Shown in pieces: positions 37,832-46,877 of a stretch of 64,000 bases of DNA. Source of the DNA: a virus. Position 1 is the stretch's first letter. Each line of letters starts with the position of its first letter. Made by a program: the position numbers and the translations under genes. The stretch lies in IMG/VR virus record IMGVR_UViG_3300034105_001970; one strand, given 5' to 3'. Below the pieces are notes generated by a model, which did no database searches, was not told the origin of the DNA, and worked only from the letters and a program-made list of their open reading frames with translations.

Positions 37832-37863
37832 TTTGGTAGTATCAGAAAAATTAACTACCTTTA
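37832..37863 (+). promoter_or_regulatory. Bacteroidota-type promoter
   Basis: aTTTGGTAg-N20-TACCTTTA. Confidence 0.45.
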
Positions 37864-37883
37864 TAGATTAAATAAAACAAATT

Positions 37884-38147
37884 ATGAAAACATTTAAAGA
37901 TATTGAATTTAAAACAAACCCTATGGGTGCTGAGTTTGGTATTGTAAGTAGAACTAAATTAGATAATGGATATGAAGTATCAGTAGTACAAAGTCCGCAC
38001 TCGTATGGTGGTGATATCGGATTGTATGAATTAGCTATTTTCAAAGATGGTGAAATATGTTACGATACGCCGATTACGAATGATGTACTTGGTTATTTAA
38101 GACCCGAAGATGTAATGGATGTAATTGCTAAACTTGAAAAATTATAA
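37884..38147 (+). CDS. hypothetical small protein
   Basis: 87-aa ORF. Confidence 0.35.
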   Translation: MKTFKDIEFKTNPMGAEFGIVSRTKLDNGYEVSVVQSPHSYGGDIGLYELAIFKDGEICYDTPITNDVLGYLRPEDVMDVIAKLEKL

Positions 38148-38148
38148 T

Positions 38149-38472
38149 ATGCTTACAATAAAAAACATAGAAAAAATGGTTGGTTATACTTGTAATAGCC
38201 GAACCATAAAAGAATTTTATAATCTACATAATCAAAGAATGAATTATGATTCTTATGTATTTGTATTTAAAGATGATGGTGCGGGCAAACCGGATTGTGA
38301 AGTTTATTTAGACAGAGATAAAAAACCACAAGGTAATTATAAACTATATGTTATGGGATGGGCAGCAGCTACCGAAGTCGAAATAGATAATTCAGATGTT
38401 AGAAGTGCAGCTGATTTGGCAACTATGATAACAAAATGTTTAGCAAAATTGGATAACTATAATTTTAAATAA
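38149..38472 (+). CDS. MLTIKN-family small protein
   Basis: Track ORF begins at TTG 38125; ATG 38149 gives MLTIKNIEKM. Confidence 0.45.
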   Translation: MLTIKNIEKMVGYTCNSRTIKEFYNLHNQRMNYDSYVFVFKDDGAGKPDCEVYLDRDKKPQGNYKLYVMGWAAATEVEIDNSDVRSAADLATMITKCLAKLDNYNFK

Positions 38473-38522
38473 TATTAGGTATCATATAATAAAAAATACT
38501 AATATGATAAGGTTATATTGAC

Positions 38523-38625
38523 GTAACTAGTTGATTCTCAATAAAAACTTTTAAAATTAGTTCACTTTGGGCATTGCCAATTCAATATAAAGTCGTATCT
38601 TTATGTATTGAGTTGAGAGAATGAC
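38523..38625 (+). repeat. regulatory module, copy 2 (homologous to 30128-30245)
   Basis: gTTGATTCTCAAT palindrome variant, TTCACTTTGGGC, then the 41-nt core with CGTATCTTTATG. Confidence 0.5.
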
Positions 38626-38652
38626 TACTCATATAATAAAAAATCATAATAT

Positions 38653-38991
38653 ATGCTAACACTAAATAATATAGAAAAATTAAAAAATACATACATTGGA
38701 AAATGGGAAGTCTTGGGAGTAGAAGTATGTGGTGCTAGTGAACATCACATAAACGCAGACCATTATAATATTCGTTTAAGTAGAAATAGTAATAGTAAAG
38801 ATAGTGTTGGTGCCGCTATTCAAATTGAAAGAAAAGCAGGGGAATTTGGTTATAATATTTGCGTATGTTATGAACACTATGATAAATTTATTTCAATTAC
38901 AGCATGGCCGAAAGATAGATTACTAGATAAAAAGAATTTCTTAGCTTCAATGCAAGGGATTTTAGATGCCGAATATGATAAACGTAAATAA
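38653..38991 (+). CDS. MLTIKN-family small protein (variant MLTLNNIEKL)
   Basis: Divergent N-terminal decapeptide; first gene after module copy 2. Confidence 0.4.
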   Translation: MLTLNNIEKLKNTYIGKWEVLGVEVCGASEHHINADHYNIRLSRNSNSKDSVGAAIQIERKAGEFGYNICVCYEHYDKFISITAWPKDRLLDKKNFLASMQGILDAEYDKRK

Positions 38992-39008
38992 AATATAAAA
39001 CCTAAAAT

Positions 39009-40118
39009 ATGAAATTAGAAACAATTTACAAAAAAACAAAGACCGGTGCAACGCAAGAATGGACAATTGAAGTAGTAGGTAATAAATACCGAACCCATAG
39101 TGGACAAGTTGGCGGTGCTATTACTACGAATGAGTGGACAATTTGTTATGGTAAGAATATTGGTAGAGCAAATGAAACTACGGATAAAGAACAAACGATG
39201 GCAGAGGCGGTAGCTAAACGAACTAAGAAATTAGAGAGTGGTTACTTTGAGAATATTAAACACATAAACAAAACACAATACTTTGAACCAATGTTAGCTG
39301 CAAAGTGGGAGGATTGTAAAGATAAAGTTACATATCCAATTTATTCGCAAGCTAAGTTAGATGGTATTCGTTGTATAGTGACAAAAGATGGTATGTTTAG
39401 CAGAAATGGTAAACCTATTCTTTCAGCGCAACATATCATGTATAGCTTATGGCATGTATTTGTAATGAATCCTGATTTGATATTAGATGGTGAGTTATAT
39501 GCCGATAAGTTCGCTAATGATTTCAATAAGATTGTATCTTTGGTTAAAAAAACAAAACCAACTAAAGAGGATTTAATTGAAAGTGAAAAAAGTATAGAGT
39601 ATCACATATACGATTTACCTAGTTCAGATAATAACTTTGTAAAAAGAATGTATGATTTAGGAATACTATTTGAAACATTTTCACAAGTAGGTAAGTATTG
39701 TAGAATAGTACAAACATATAAAGTTGATAATGCAGATATGGTTGAGGAATTATATGGTGGATATGTAGAACAAGGTTATGAAGGTCAAATCTTAAGAATA
39801 GATGGTAAGTATGAAAACAAACGAAGTAAGAATTTATTAAAACACAAATCGTTTGTTGATGATGAATATACTATCTTAGATATTGTAGAGGGTGAGGGTA
39901 ATAGAACCGGCACTGCTGGTTATATGGTATTTGAAACGATTGATGGAAAACCTTTCAAATCAAATGTAAAAGGAACATGGGATGAAACGGCTGAAATGTT
40001 AAAGAGTAAAAAGAAACTAATCGGTAAGCAAGCAACGATTAAGTATTTTAATTTAACACCTGATGGTATTCCCCGTTTTCCATATGTAATTAATATTGAT
40101 AGAAACGAATACGAATAA
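39009..40118 (+). CDS. ATP-dependent DNA ligase
   Basis: Motif I KLDGIR, motif III DGELY, motif IV EGQILR, motif V LLKHK, in the canonical order and spacing. Confidence 0.85.
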   Translation: MKLETIYKKTKTGATQEWTIEVVGNKYRTHSGQVGGAITTNEWTICYGKNIGRANETTDKEQTMAEAVAKRTKKLESGYFENIKHINKTQYFEPMLAAKWEDCKDKVTYPIYSQAKLDGIRCIVTKDGMFSRNGKPILSAQHIMYSLWHVFVMNPDLILDGELYADKFANDFNKIVSLVKKTKPTKEDLIESEKSIEYHIYDLPSSDNNFVKRMYDLGILFETFSQVGKYCRIVQTYKVDNADMVEELYGGYVEQGYEGQILRIDGKYENKRSKNLLKHKSFVDDEYTILDIVEGEGNRTGTAGYMVFETIDGKPFKSNVKGTWDETAEMLKSKKKLIGKQATIKYFNLTPDGIPRFPYVINIDRNEYE

Positions 40119-40121
40119 GTT

Positions 40122-40646
40122 ATGAGAAAGAAAATAATATTCATAGATGTAGATGGGCCTTTAGCGTGGGGAAATTGGGGTGATGGAAAGGTTATAATTG
40201 ATGAAGGAAATGTATCACCATTTACAATACCATATGCTTGGGATATACCTGAATGTGAAGCATTGAAAACTATATTAGATGAAACAAATGCTGAGTTAGT
40301 ATTGAGCTCAGATTGGAGAAATCATTTTTCATTTGACCAGATGCGTGCAATATTTCAACACTATGGAATACATCGTTCACATTTAATTGATACAACAACA
40401 TATCAATACCTGTGGGATAAGATGAGTAGATGTTCAAATGATTATATGAGAGCGGCACAAATAGCAAAGTGGGTTAAAGATAATAAGATTAGTAATTGGA
40501 TAGCAATTGATGATTTGAATGTAGCATTACACTTTAAGTTTATGAATATCCCACAATGGAGACACGTAAAAGTAAATGGTGAAATGCAATTCAAAGGTAA
40601 GTTAAGAAATAAGATTGATGAATGTATAACAAAATTAAATAGATAG
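40122..40646 (+). CDS. HAD-superfamily phosphatase (possibly nucleic-acid 3'-phosphatase partner of the ligase)
   Basis: IIFIDVDGPL motif I, LSSDW motif II, K...IAIDDLN motif III/IV. Confidence 0.45.
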   Translation: MRKKIIFIDVDGPLAWGNWGDGKVIIDEGNVSPFTIPYAWDIPECEALKTILDETNAELVLSSDWRNHFSFDQMRAIFQHYGIHRSHLIDTTTYQYLWDKMSRCSNDYMRAAQIAKWVKDNKISNWIAIDDLNVALHFKFMNIPQWRHVKVNGEMQFKGKLRNKIDECITKLNR

Positions 40647-40654
40647 TATGAAAT
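40626..40654 (+). repeat. 29-bp direct repeat, copy 1 (ATAACAAAATTAAATAGATAGTATGAAAT)
   Basis: Identical copy at 40864-40892; the two copies bracket the 71-aa gene 40648-40863. Confidence 0.6.
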
Positions 40655-40863
40655 ATATTTTTAGAGGTCATATTGTGTTTGAATACAAACCAGATGATAA
40701 ACGGGATAAAGTGGTTCAAGGTAAAATTCATGATGCAATTCCCGCATTTGATTTTTGTCATATGATTCCTGAGGATTATAAATTGTTAGGAGAATTTTTT
40801 GATAGGGTATATAGACATACTCAAGGTGAATTAGTTGAACTAAATGATATTGAAGTATATTAA
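40648..40863 (+). CDS. hypothetical small protein flanked by 29-bp direct repeats
   Basis: 71-aa ORF; repeats include the stop/start junction. Confidence 0.3.
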   Translation: MKYIFRGHIVFEYKPDDKRDKVVQGKIHDAIPAFDFCHMIPEDYKLLGEFFDRVYRHTQGELVELNDIEVY

Positions 40864-40892
40864 ATAACAAAATTAAATAGATAGTATGAAAT
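40864..40892 (+). repeat. 29-bp direct repeat, copy 2
   Basis: Perfect match to 40626-40654. Confidence 0.6.
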
Positions 40893-41116
40893 TTGAAGAA
40901 GCAGAACAAAAAGCACTTACTATTAAATGGCAAATAGGCACTTGTAATCAAGGAGAAAGATGTTGGTGTAGGACTATAAAGCCTATTGAACCTATACTTT
41001 TTGATGATGGGGATAGTCAAGATGAATATTGGATAGTTGGATCTGGGGAGTTGCATAAACATATTGCGGAGTATTTTGTTGAACTCCATAATAAAAACAT
41101 TGAAAATAAAAAATAG
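40886..41116 (+). CDS. hypothetical small protein
   Basis: 76-aa ORF. Confidence 0.3.
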   Translation: MKFEEAEQKALTIKWQIGTCNQGERCWCRTIKPIEPILFDDGDSQDEYWIVGSGELHKHIAEYFVELHNKNIENKK

Positions 41117-41121
41117 GTAAT

Positions 41122-41751
41122 ATGAATAAGTTAAAATTTGAATTAAAATACTTAATAAATCGTTTCAGTTGGTTGGGAATATTAAACTCACCATTCAAAC
41201 CATTTAAAGTTGGTTTCTATGCTGGTAAAATAGCAATAGGTGTTCCTTATTTCTTTCCTAGAAAATGGGTTAAAGGAAATAATAAACTGATAACTGCAGC
41301 GGTTACATCGGAAATAGCAACACAAAAGAAATACAATGAATTAAATCCTACGCATGCTCGTAAGATAAAATCTTTTGAGGAGTTATTTGAAGAAAAGAAA
41401 AACTATAACTTTGCAGTACCACTTAAAGTAGGATTCAGTTATTGTGGGTTGGGTTGGAAAATAAAGTGGACTGATACCGATTATAGATTTGAATGGAACC
41501 CTGTATTTTCGTTTGTGTTCTTTGGTTATCAAATAGCAATAACAATTTATAGTCCTTACCACGACCACTATTGGACAAGTTGGTTATATTATAAAAACCA
41601 TACCGATAAAACTAAATCAAAGAGAGAGAGAATAGAGCAATGTAAAAAAGAATTTGGACAAAAATGGGTTCGTAGTAAAGATGGCAAAGATGAGGTTGTG
41701 GATTATTACGAATGTATTTTGAAAAGAAAATATATAACAAATGAATTATAA
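41122..41751 (+). CDS. hypothetical protein
   Basis: 209-aa ORF. Confidence 0.4.
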   Translation: MNKLKFELKYLINRFSWLGILNSPFKPFKVGFYAGKIAIGVPYFFPRKWVKGNNKLITAAVTSEIATQKKYNELNPTHARKIKSFEELFEEKKNYNFAVPLKVGFSYCGLGWKIKWTDTDYRFEWNPVFSFVFFGYQIAITIYSPYHDHYWTSWLYYKNHTDKTKSKRERIEQCKKEFGQKWVRSKDGKDEVVDYYECILKRKYITNEL

Positions 41752-42091
41752 TAAAATAATCATAGGTATCTTATTTGGTATCTTAGGACAGATTGGTACA
41801 TTCTTACAATTACAAGGTAGTTACAAGTATGGTTGGTATGAGAAGTATCAATGGTTGGTTATATTAGCATCATTACCACTAGGATGGGTTTACATACAAA
41901 GTGTAAACTCATTCATAGCTGGGTTTGGTGGGCAGATATGGCCTTCTCGTTTGTTAGGATTTGGTATCGGTGTAATTATATTTACCTTGATGTCACACTT
42001 TTTATTCAAAGAGCCATTAAGTTTAAAGAATGCATTATGTTTAGGATTGGGATTTGTAATAGTAGGTATTCAATTATTTGTTAAAAATTAG
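41741..42091 (+). CDS. integral membrane protein (4 TM)
   Basis: Hydrophobic helices; embedded track ORF 41851..42084 is in another frame and was rejected. Confidence 0.4.
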   Translation: MNYNKIIIGILFGILGQIGTFLQLQGSYKYGWYEKYQWLVILASLPLGWVYIQSVNSFIAGFGGQIWPSRLLGFGIGVIIFTLMSHFLFKEPLSLKNALCLGLGFVIVGIQLFVKN

Positions 42092-42092
42092 T

Positions 42093-42638
42093 ATGAGAAT
42101 ATTAATTATTGCTAATATGAGGAGTGGTTCTACAACTTTATTAAAATGGTTGGGAATAGAGTTGGGGTACAAAACAATAAACGAATTACATAATCCACTA
42201 TTTCCGGTTGAGTTTGAGTTAAATAGTAATAACTTTATTGTTAAAGAAATACATCATCATATTAAAGATATACCAAATTATATATCAAAGTTTGATAAAG
42301 TAATAACACTAACACGTACTGATACATTTGATAGTGCAGTTAGTTTATTATATTGTGATGAAAAACCAAATTATGATTATCATTCAAAATATAAAATAAA
42401 TGATAAATGGATTTCAGACAGAATATATGAAATACATAGAATAGAAAGAGAATTTATTAAACAAAATAAAGATATCGTTAGTATAGATGCATTTCATATA
42501 ACATATGAAGGCATTTTTAAAACAAAAACCGAACTTAAAAAATTATGTGAATATCTAAATATAGATGTTAATAATTTAAAAGCAAGTGAATTGTTAAATA
42601 ATAATAACAGGTATCGTAATAATAATAAAATGATATGA
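42093..42638 (+). CDS. sulfotransferase-like protein (Stf0/Sulfotransfer_3-like)
   Basis: MRILIIANMRSGSTTL (PAPS 5'-phosphosulfate-binding-like RSGST) and TRTDTFDSAVSLLY 3'-PB-like; track start TTG 42078 replaced by ATG 42093. Confidence 0.4.
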   Translation: MRILIIANMRSGSTTLLKWLGIELGYKTINELHNPLFPVEFELNSNNFIVKEIHHHIKDIPNYISKFDKVITLTRTDTFDSAVSLLYCDEKPNYDYHSKYKINDKWISDRIYEIHRIEREFIKQNKDIVSIDAFHITYEGIFKTKTELKKLCEYLNIDVNNLKASELLNNNNRYRNNNKMI

Positions 42639-43846
42639 AAAATATAGTATTAGGAATTATATTAGTTATAGCGGTTAGTTGTAATAAAACTATACCGAGT
42701 GTGATACCACCAATTGTAGTAACACCGATTGTATTAACACCGACTGAATTACCAAAAATTATATATTATGGTAAGACATCATATGAATTAAAAAATACAA
42801 AAAACTTTATCAATATTGATTCACTTAGAACAAACCTTGGTATTAGGAATATTGGAAAATACAATGGTAATAGTAATAATGGTTGGGTATATGTAGATAT
42901 GAATAACGATGGATTAGAAGATATTTTTTATCCATACACATCGGATGGCGAATTTAATTCAAAACCAGATGTGTTTATAAATAAAGGTAAAACATATATT
43001 AGTGATAATAGTATGTTACCGAGTGACTACACCGGTAATCAAACAACAAGAAAAACAATTGTTGGTGATTTTAATAATGATAGTTTACCGGATTTGTTTT
43101 TATGTAATCATGGATATGAAAGTAATAACTATTGGCCAGGCGAAAACAACACATTGTTATTAAGTGACAAAAAAACAGGCAAATATAAAATAGGAACATT
43201 ACCTGATATTGGTAAATCCTTTTGGCATGGGGGAGCAAGTGGTGACTTAAATAAAGATGGTAATATTGATATCGTTGTAACTGCCGGAAATAGCATTAAA
43301 GTTTTATATGGTAGTGGCAATGGTAGTTTTAATGCAACCGATTGGAAATATAAAGGAGCATCCGGTTATTTAACAATTGAAATATTAGATGTAAATGAAG
43401 ATAATCAATTGGATATTATAATGACTGGGTTTGAAGGATTCCCAAATTCAGATAGGTATTCTAAATCTACTATATTTTGGAATAATAATAATGAATTTAG
43501 TAACAATACAATTATATGTGAACCAAATATAAATGGATGGGCATTGGTATTGGATATTGTAGCAGCCGACATCGATAATGATGGTACAACTGAAATAATA
43601 TTAAATAGAACAATCGATAGTGGTACTAATTGGTATAATGGATTTCAATTAAGTGTGTATAAAACAACTGATAATTATAAAACGTTTAAAGAAAACAATA
43701 TTATAACATATCAAACTAATTCAAAAGCATGGATGTCCAAATTAAATTTATATCAGAAAGATAATGTTTATTATTTAGATGGTATTACTATAAATGGAAA
43801 AATATATCATTGGAAACAAGACCCTATAACTAAAACATTTAATTAA
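42635..43846 (+). CDS. lipoprotein with FG-GAP / VCBS-type beta-propeller repeats
   Basis: Lipobox VIAVSC; five D-x-N-x-D-G-x-x-D/E loops (DMNNDGLEDIF, GDFNNDSLPDLF, GDLNKDGNIDIV, LDVNEDNQLDII, ADIDNDGTTEII). Confidence 0.5.
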   Translation: MKNIVLGIILVIAVSCNKTIPSVIPPIVVTPIVLTPTELPKIIYYGKTSYELKNTKNFINIDSLRTNLGIRNIGKYNGNSNNGWVYVDMNNDGLEDIFYPYTSDGEFNSKPDVFINKGKTYISDNSMLPSDYTGNQTTRKTIVGDFNNDSLPDLFLCNHGYESNNYWPGENNTLLLSDKKTGKYKIGTLPDIGKSFWHGGASGDLNKDGNIDIVVTAGNSIKVLYGSGNGSFNATDWKYKGASGYLTIEILDVNEDNQLDIIMTGFEGFPNSDRYSKSTIFWNNNNEFSNNTIICEPNINGWALVLDIVAADIDNDGTTEIILNRTIDSGTNWYNGFQLSVYKTTDNYKTFKENNIITYQTNSKAWMSKLNLYQKDNVYYLDGITINGKIYHWKQDPITKTFN

Positions 43847-44021
43847 TGAGCAGATATGATAGATTATTATTAGAGCAAGCGAGAGATTACTTTACCCGTA
43901 AACTTAAATTATTAGAATCATTAGATAAACATCTGACGGATAAAGGAAACTTTACAAAAGGTCAGCAAGATTTATTACGGAAACTTACAAAGGATGATAC
44001 TTATTCAAAAAAGTAGTACAT

Positions 44022-44219
44022 ATGAAATGGGAAAACAAATTAAAAGCAACTGGCTTCCTTTCGCTTAAAAACAAAGATGGTGATACATTTTCATATATTA
44101 AATTAGATGATGCACACAAAATAGCAGAAGCAGCCTATAATGAAGCATTGGATAAGGTATATGAAATTTATAAAGATGAAGCAGATATAGTTGATACGAT
44201 TAAAGATTTAAAAATATAA
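44022..44219 (+). CDS. hypothetical small protein
   Basis: 65-aa ORF. Confidence 0.3.
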   Translation: MKWENKLKATGFLSLKNKDGDTFSYIKLDDAHKIAEAAYNEALDKVYEIYKDEADIVDTIKDLKI

Positions 44220-44220
44220 A

Positions 44221-45378
44221 ATGACATTTTATTACGATTCTATTTATGGTTTAGATTTTAAATATTTTGAATCAATTGGATATAATCTTATAGAATTACA
44301 ACATAATGATTTTAGTTACATTGGTAATCTTAAAGATAATGATGTATTATTTACTACATTAGATACAATTGATAATATAAACAAATCGGTAAATCCAAAT
44401 ATAAAATTAAATATATTTTTGTTTATTAAACATGAATATTGTAATGAACATAGGCGTAAAGCAATTATAGAAAGTAGAAATACAAATCATACTATATATT
44501 TCTTAACAACGCATTTAGATGTGTATAGTATTGAAAATGATTTATCATTTAAAAATAGATGTTATCCATTTACAAACTTATTTTCAAAAGTAGCCTATAT
44601 ACCAAACAATAATAGAACAAAGAAGTTTAATTTCTTTAATAGGTCTATAAATTTACGAAGACTTAAAATATTTGAATTGCTAAAAAAAGCAGATATTCAA
44701 TTAAGCCAATGTTATTATACATTTGGTAATATAATAAAAAAAGATACGTTTGGTAATCTTTCTACAATACAAGATTTTATTAATTATAGAAATAGACCGG
44801 GTGGGGGACGTAGTGGTAATGATGATTTAATAATTGATACCGAATACTTAAATCAATTTGTAAATGAGTTTTTTATATATGAGAACAAAGATGCGGTAGC
44901 ATTAGGACAGATACAAAGCTCAGATACAAATGATATGTATAATACTATTAATACAAACTCATTAGATTCATATATTTCATTTACTATTGAAAGTAGTGGT
45001 GATAGTGGTGATGATTTAAGGTTGACAGAAAAAACAATTAGATCTTGGTTATGTAAAAATATATTCTTATCTTTACAATGTAATGGGTTTAACTCAGCAT
45101 TAAGAGGATATGGAATCGAAACATTTGAAGATGTATTTGGATTAGAAATTGGATGGGATGATAATAAAACGGAAACTGAAAGAATAGAAATATTTGTAGA
45201 TGCTTTAAAACGAATCAATGAATTATCAATTGATGAAGTTAAAGCAATATATGAATCGGATAATGTTCAACAAAGATTAGAAAAGAATTATAAATTTATA
45301 ATGGAAGGCTTTAATCCTACCAATACAATATTAGAAATAGAAAAATTAATTGGTTATGAAAATAATGTTCCTAAGTGA
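44221..45378 (+). CDS. hypothetical protein, possible glycosyltransferase with FucT-like motif
   Basis: ISFTIESSGDSGDDLRLTEKTIRSWL resembles GT10 FENS...TEK motif; similar size to 27230/28479 proteins. Confidence 0.35.
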   Translation: MTFYYDSIYGLDFKYFESIGYNLIELQHNDFSYIGNLKDNDVLFTTLDTIDNINKSVNPNIKLNIFLFIKHEYCNEHRRKAIIESRNTNHTIYFLTTHLDVYSIENDLSFKNRCYPFTNLFSKVAYIPNNNRTKKFNFFNRSINLRRLKIFELLKKADIQLSQCYYTFGNIIKKDTFGNLSTIQDFINYRNRPGGGRSGNDDLIIDTEYLNQFVNEFFIYENKDAVALGQIQSSDTNDMYNTINTNSLDSYISFTIESSGDSGDDLRLTEKTIRSWLCKNIFLSLQCNGFNSALRGYGIETFEDVFGLEIGWDDNKTETERIEIFVDALKRINELSIDEVKAIYESDNVQQRLEKNYKFIMEGFNPTNTILEIEKLIGYENNVPK

Positions 45379-46060
45379 CACTCATGGTAGACACCTTGAG
45401 ATTACTGAATTATATGGTGAATTGCCGTATGTAGATATTATTGTACATAGTGGGGATTGTACTCGTTATGGTGAATTTGAAGAAACTGATTTATTTATGA
45501 ATTGGTTTAGTAAACAAAATGCAAAACATAAAGTATTAGTAGCGGGCAATCATGATTTTGTATTACAGCAAACCGATAGGCGTAATTGGTTATTGGCAAA
45601 TAATTATGGAGTTACCTATTTAGAAGATAGTTTTATAAACATCGATGGGTTAGGTATCTATGGTAGTCCATGGTCTCCTGTATTTGGTATGTGGGCATTT
45701 ATGAAACAAAGAAATGCAGAATTAGATTCGGTATGGCAAAAAGTACCAACTGACGGAAGTGTAGATTTGTTAGTGACACATACACCTAGATATGGTAGAT
45801 TTGATGTGAGTGTGAGAGGCAACTATAATGTAGGATGTGAGATGTTAGCGTATAGAATCAATGACATACACCCTAAGGTCCACGTATTTGGACACATACA
45901 TGAATGTGGTGGAATGATTAAAGAGGAAACCGAAGTGCCGTTAGAGGGTATGATAAGTTTGAATGCATCGTTATTAAACATTCGTTATGTATTAGCTAAT
46001 CCTATTTGGATATGGGACACTGAAACAAATGATTGGAATTCAATAGAAATAAAAGAATAA
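45350..46060 (+). CDS. calcineurin-like metallophosphoesterase
   Basis: LSDTHG, GDCTRYG, AGNHDF, GHIHE motifs in order. Confidence 0.8.
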   Translation: MVMKIMFLSDTHGRHLEITELYGELPYVDIIVHSGDCTRYGEFEETDLFMNWFSKQNAKHKVLVAGNHDFVLQQTDRRNWLLANNYGVTYLEDSFINIDGLGIYGSPWSPVFGMWAFMKQRNAELDSVWQKVPTDGSVDLLVTHTPRYGRFDVSVRGNYNVGCEMLAYRINDIHPKVHVFGHIHECGGMIKEETEVPLEGMISLNASLLNIRYVLANPIWIWDTETNDWNSIEIKE

Positions 46061-46205
46061 GATATGATAATGAGTTATGTAATAGGAATCGGTTGCAGCT
46101 TTATAATGGCTGCAATCGTTTCATTTTTTTGGGTAAGGGGAATTGATTATATGAAAGAAAATCATCCCGATTACAAAGGTGAAGATTTTTTAAATTGGAA
46201 CGATA

Positions 46206-46877
46206 ATGAAAAATAAACTTTGGGTATTTGGCTGTTCGTTTTCAACCGGAATGAATTTGATTCAACCTACTGATGAAGATACATTAAGAATTAGTTGGCC
46301 GTATGTATTGGCGGATAAATTAGATTTAGAATTAGTAAATAGTGCACGTCCTGGACAATGTAATTGGGTATCTATATTGCAATTCATAGATAGGAGAGAT
46401 GAAATTCAGCCAGGCGATAAGGTTGTATTTGAATTTACATTCTTTGATAGGTATAATATTTATCCAACAAAAGCACAATTAATAGATTTAGAAGCTTATT
46501 TTAGTAGACATTCTAATGGTGGAACATTTGCAGATAATTTAGTAGAAATGAGGAAGGTTAATTATAATTGGTTTAATAAACAAGTAAACAATTGGTGTAT
46601 TAAAAAAAAAATATCAATTTACTATTGGAGTGCAGAAGGACAAGTTCATTCAGATTTTAAAAAATACAAAGAGATTATTACTTTTATACCTGCACCCAAT
46701 TCAACAAACGAATTTACAAACTATTCGTTTTATACAAAGTGGCAAGACCAATTAGAGGAACAACATATTATAGAACCGAATGGTAATATTGATAAACATT
46801 TTAATGAGTTAGGACATCAACGAATGGCTAATCATTTTTTTGAATATATTAATACTTATAGGAAATCGTTATTATGA
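46206..46877 (+). CDS. SGNH/GDSL-hydrolase-like paralogue
   Basis: LWVFGCSFSTGMN block I variant (Asp to Cys), DKHFNELGHQRMANHF block V-like; C-terminal 20 codons identical to next gene. Confidence 0.5.
   Translation: MKNKLWVFGCSFSTGMNLIQPTDEDTLRISWPYVLADKLDLELVNSARPGQCNWVSILQFIDRRDEIQPGDKVVFEFTFFDRYNIYPTKAQLIDLEAYFSRHSNGGTFADNLVEMRKVNYNWFNKQVNNWCIKKKISIYYWSAEGQVHSDFKKYKEIITFIPAPNSTNEFTNYSFYTKWQDQLEEQHIIEPNGNIDKHFNELGHQRMANHFFEYINTYRKSLL
46818..46877 (+). repeat. 60-bp direct repeat, copy 1 (3' ends of tandem SGNH genes)
   Basis: CAACGAATGGCTAATCATTTTTTTGAA(T/C)ATATTAATACTTATAGGAAATCGTTATTATGA; second copy 47588-47647; 1 mismatch. Confidence 0.7.
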
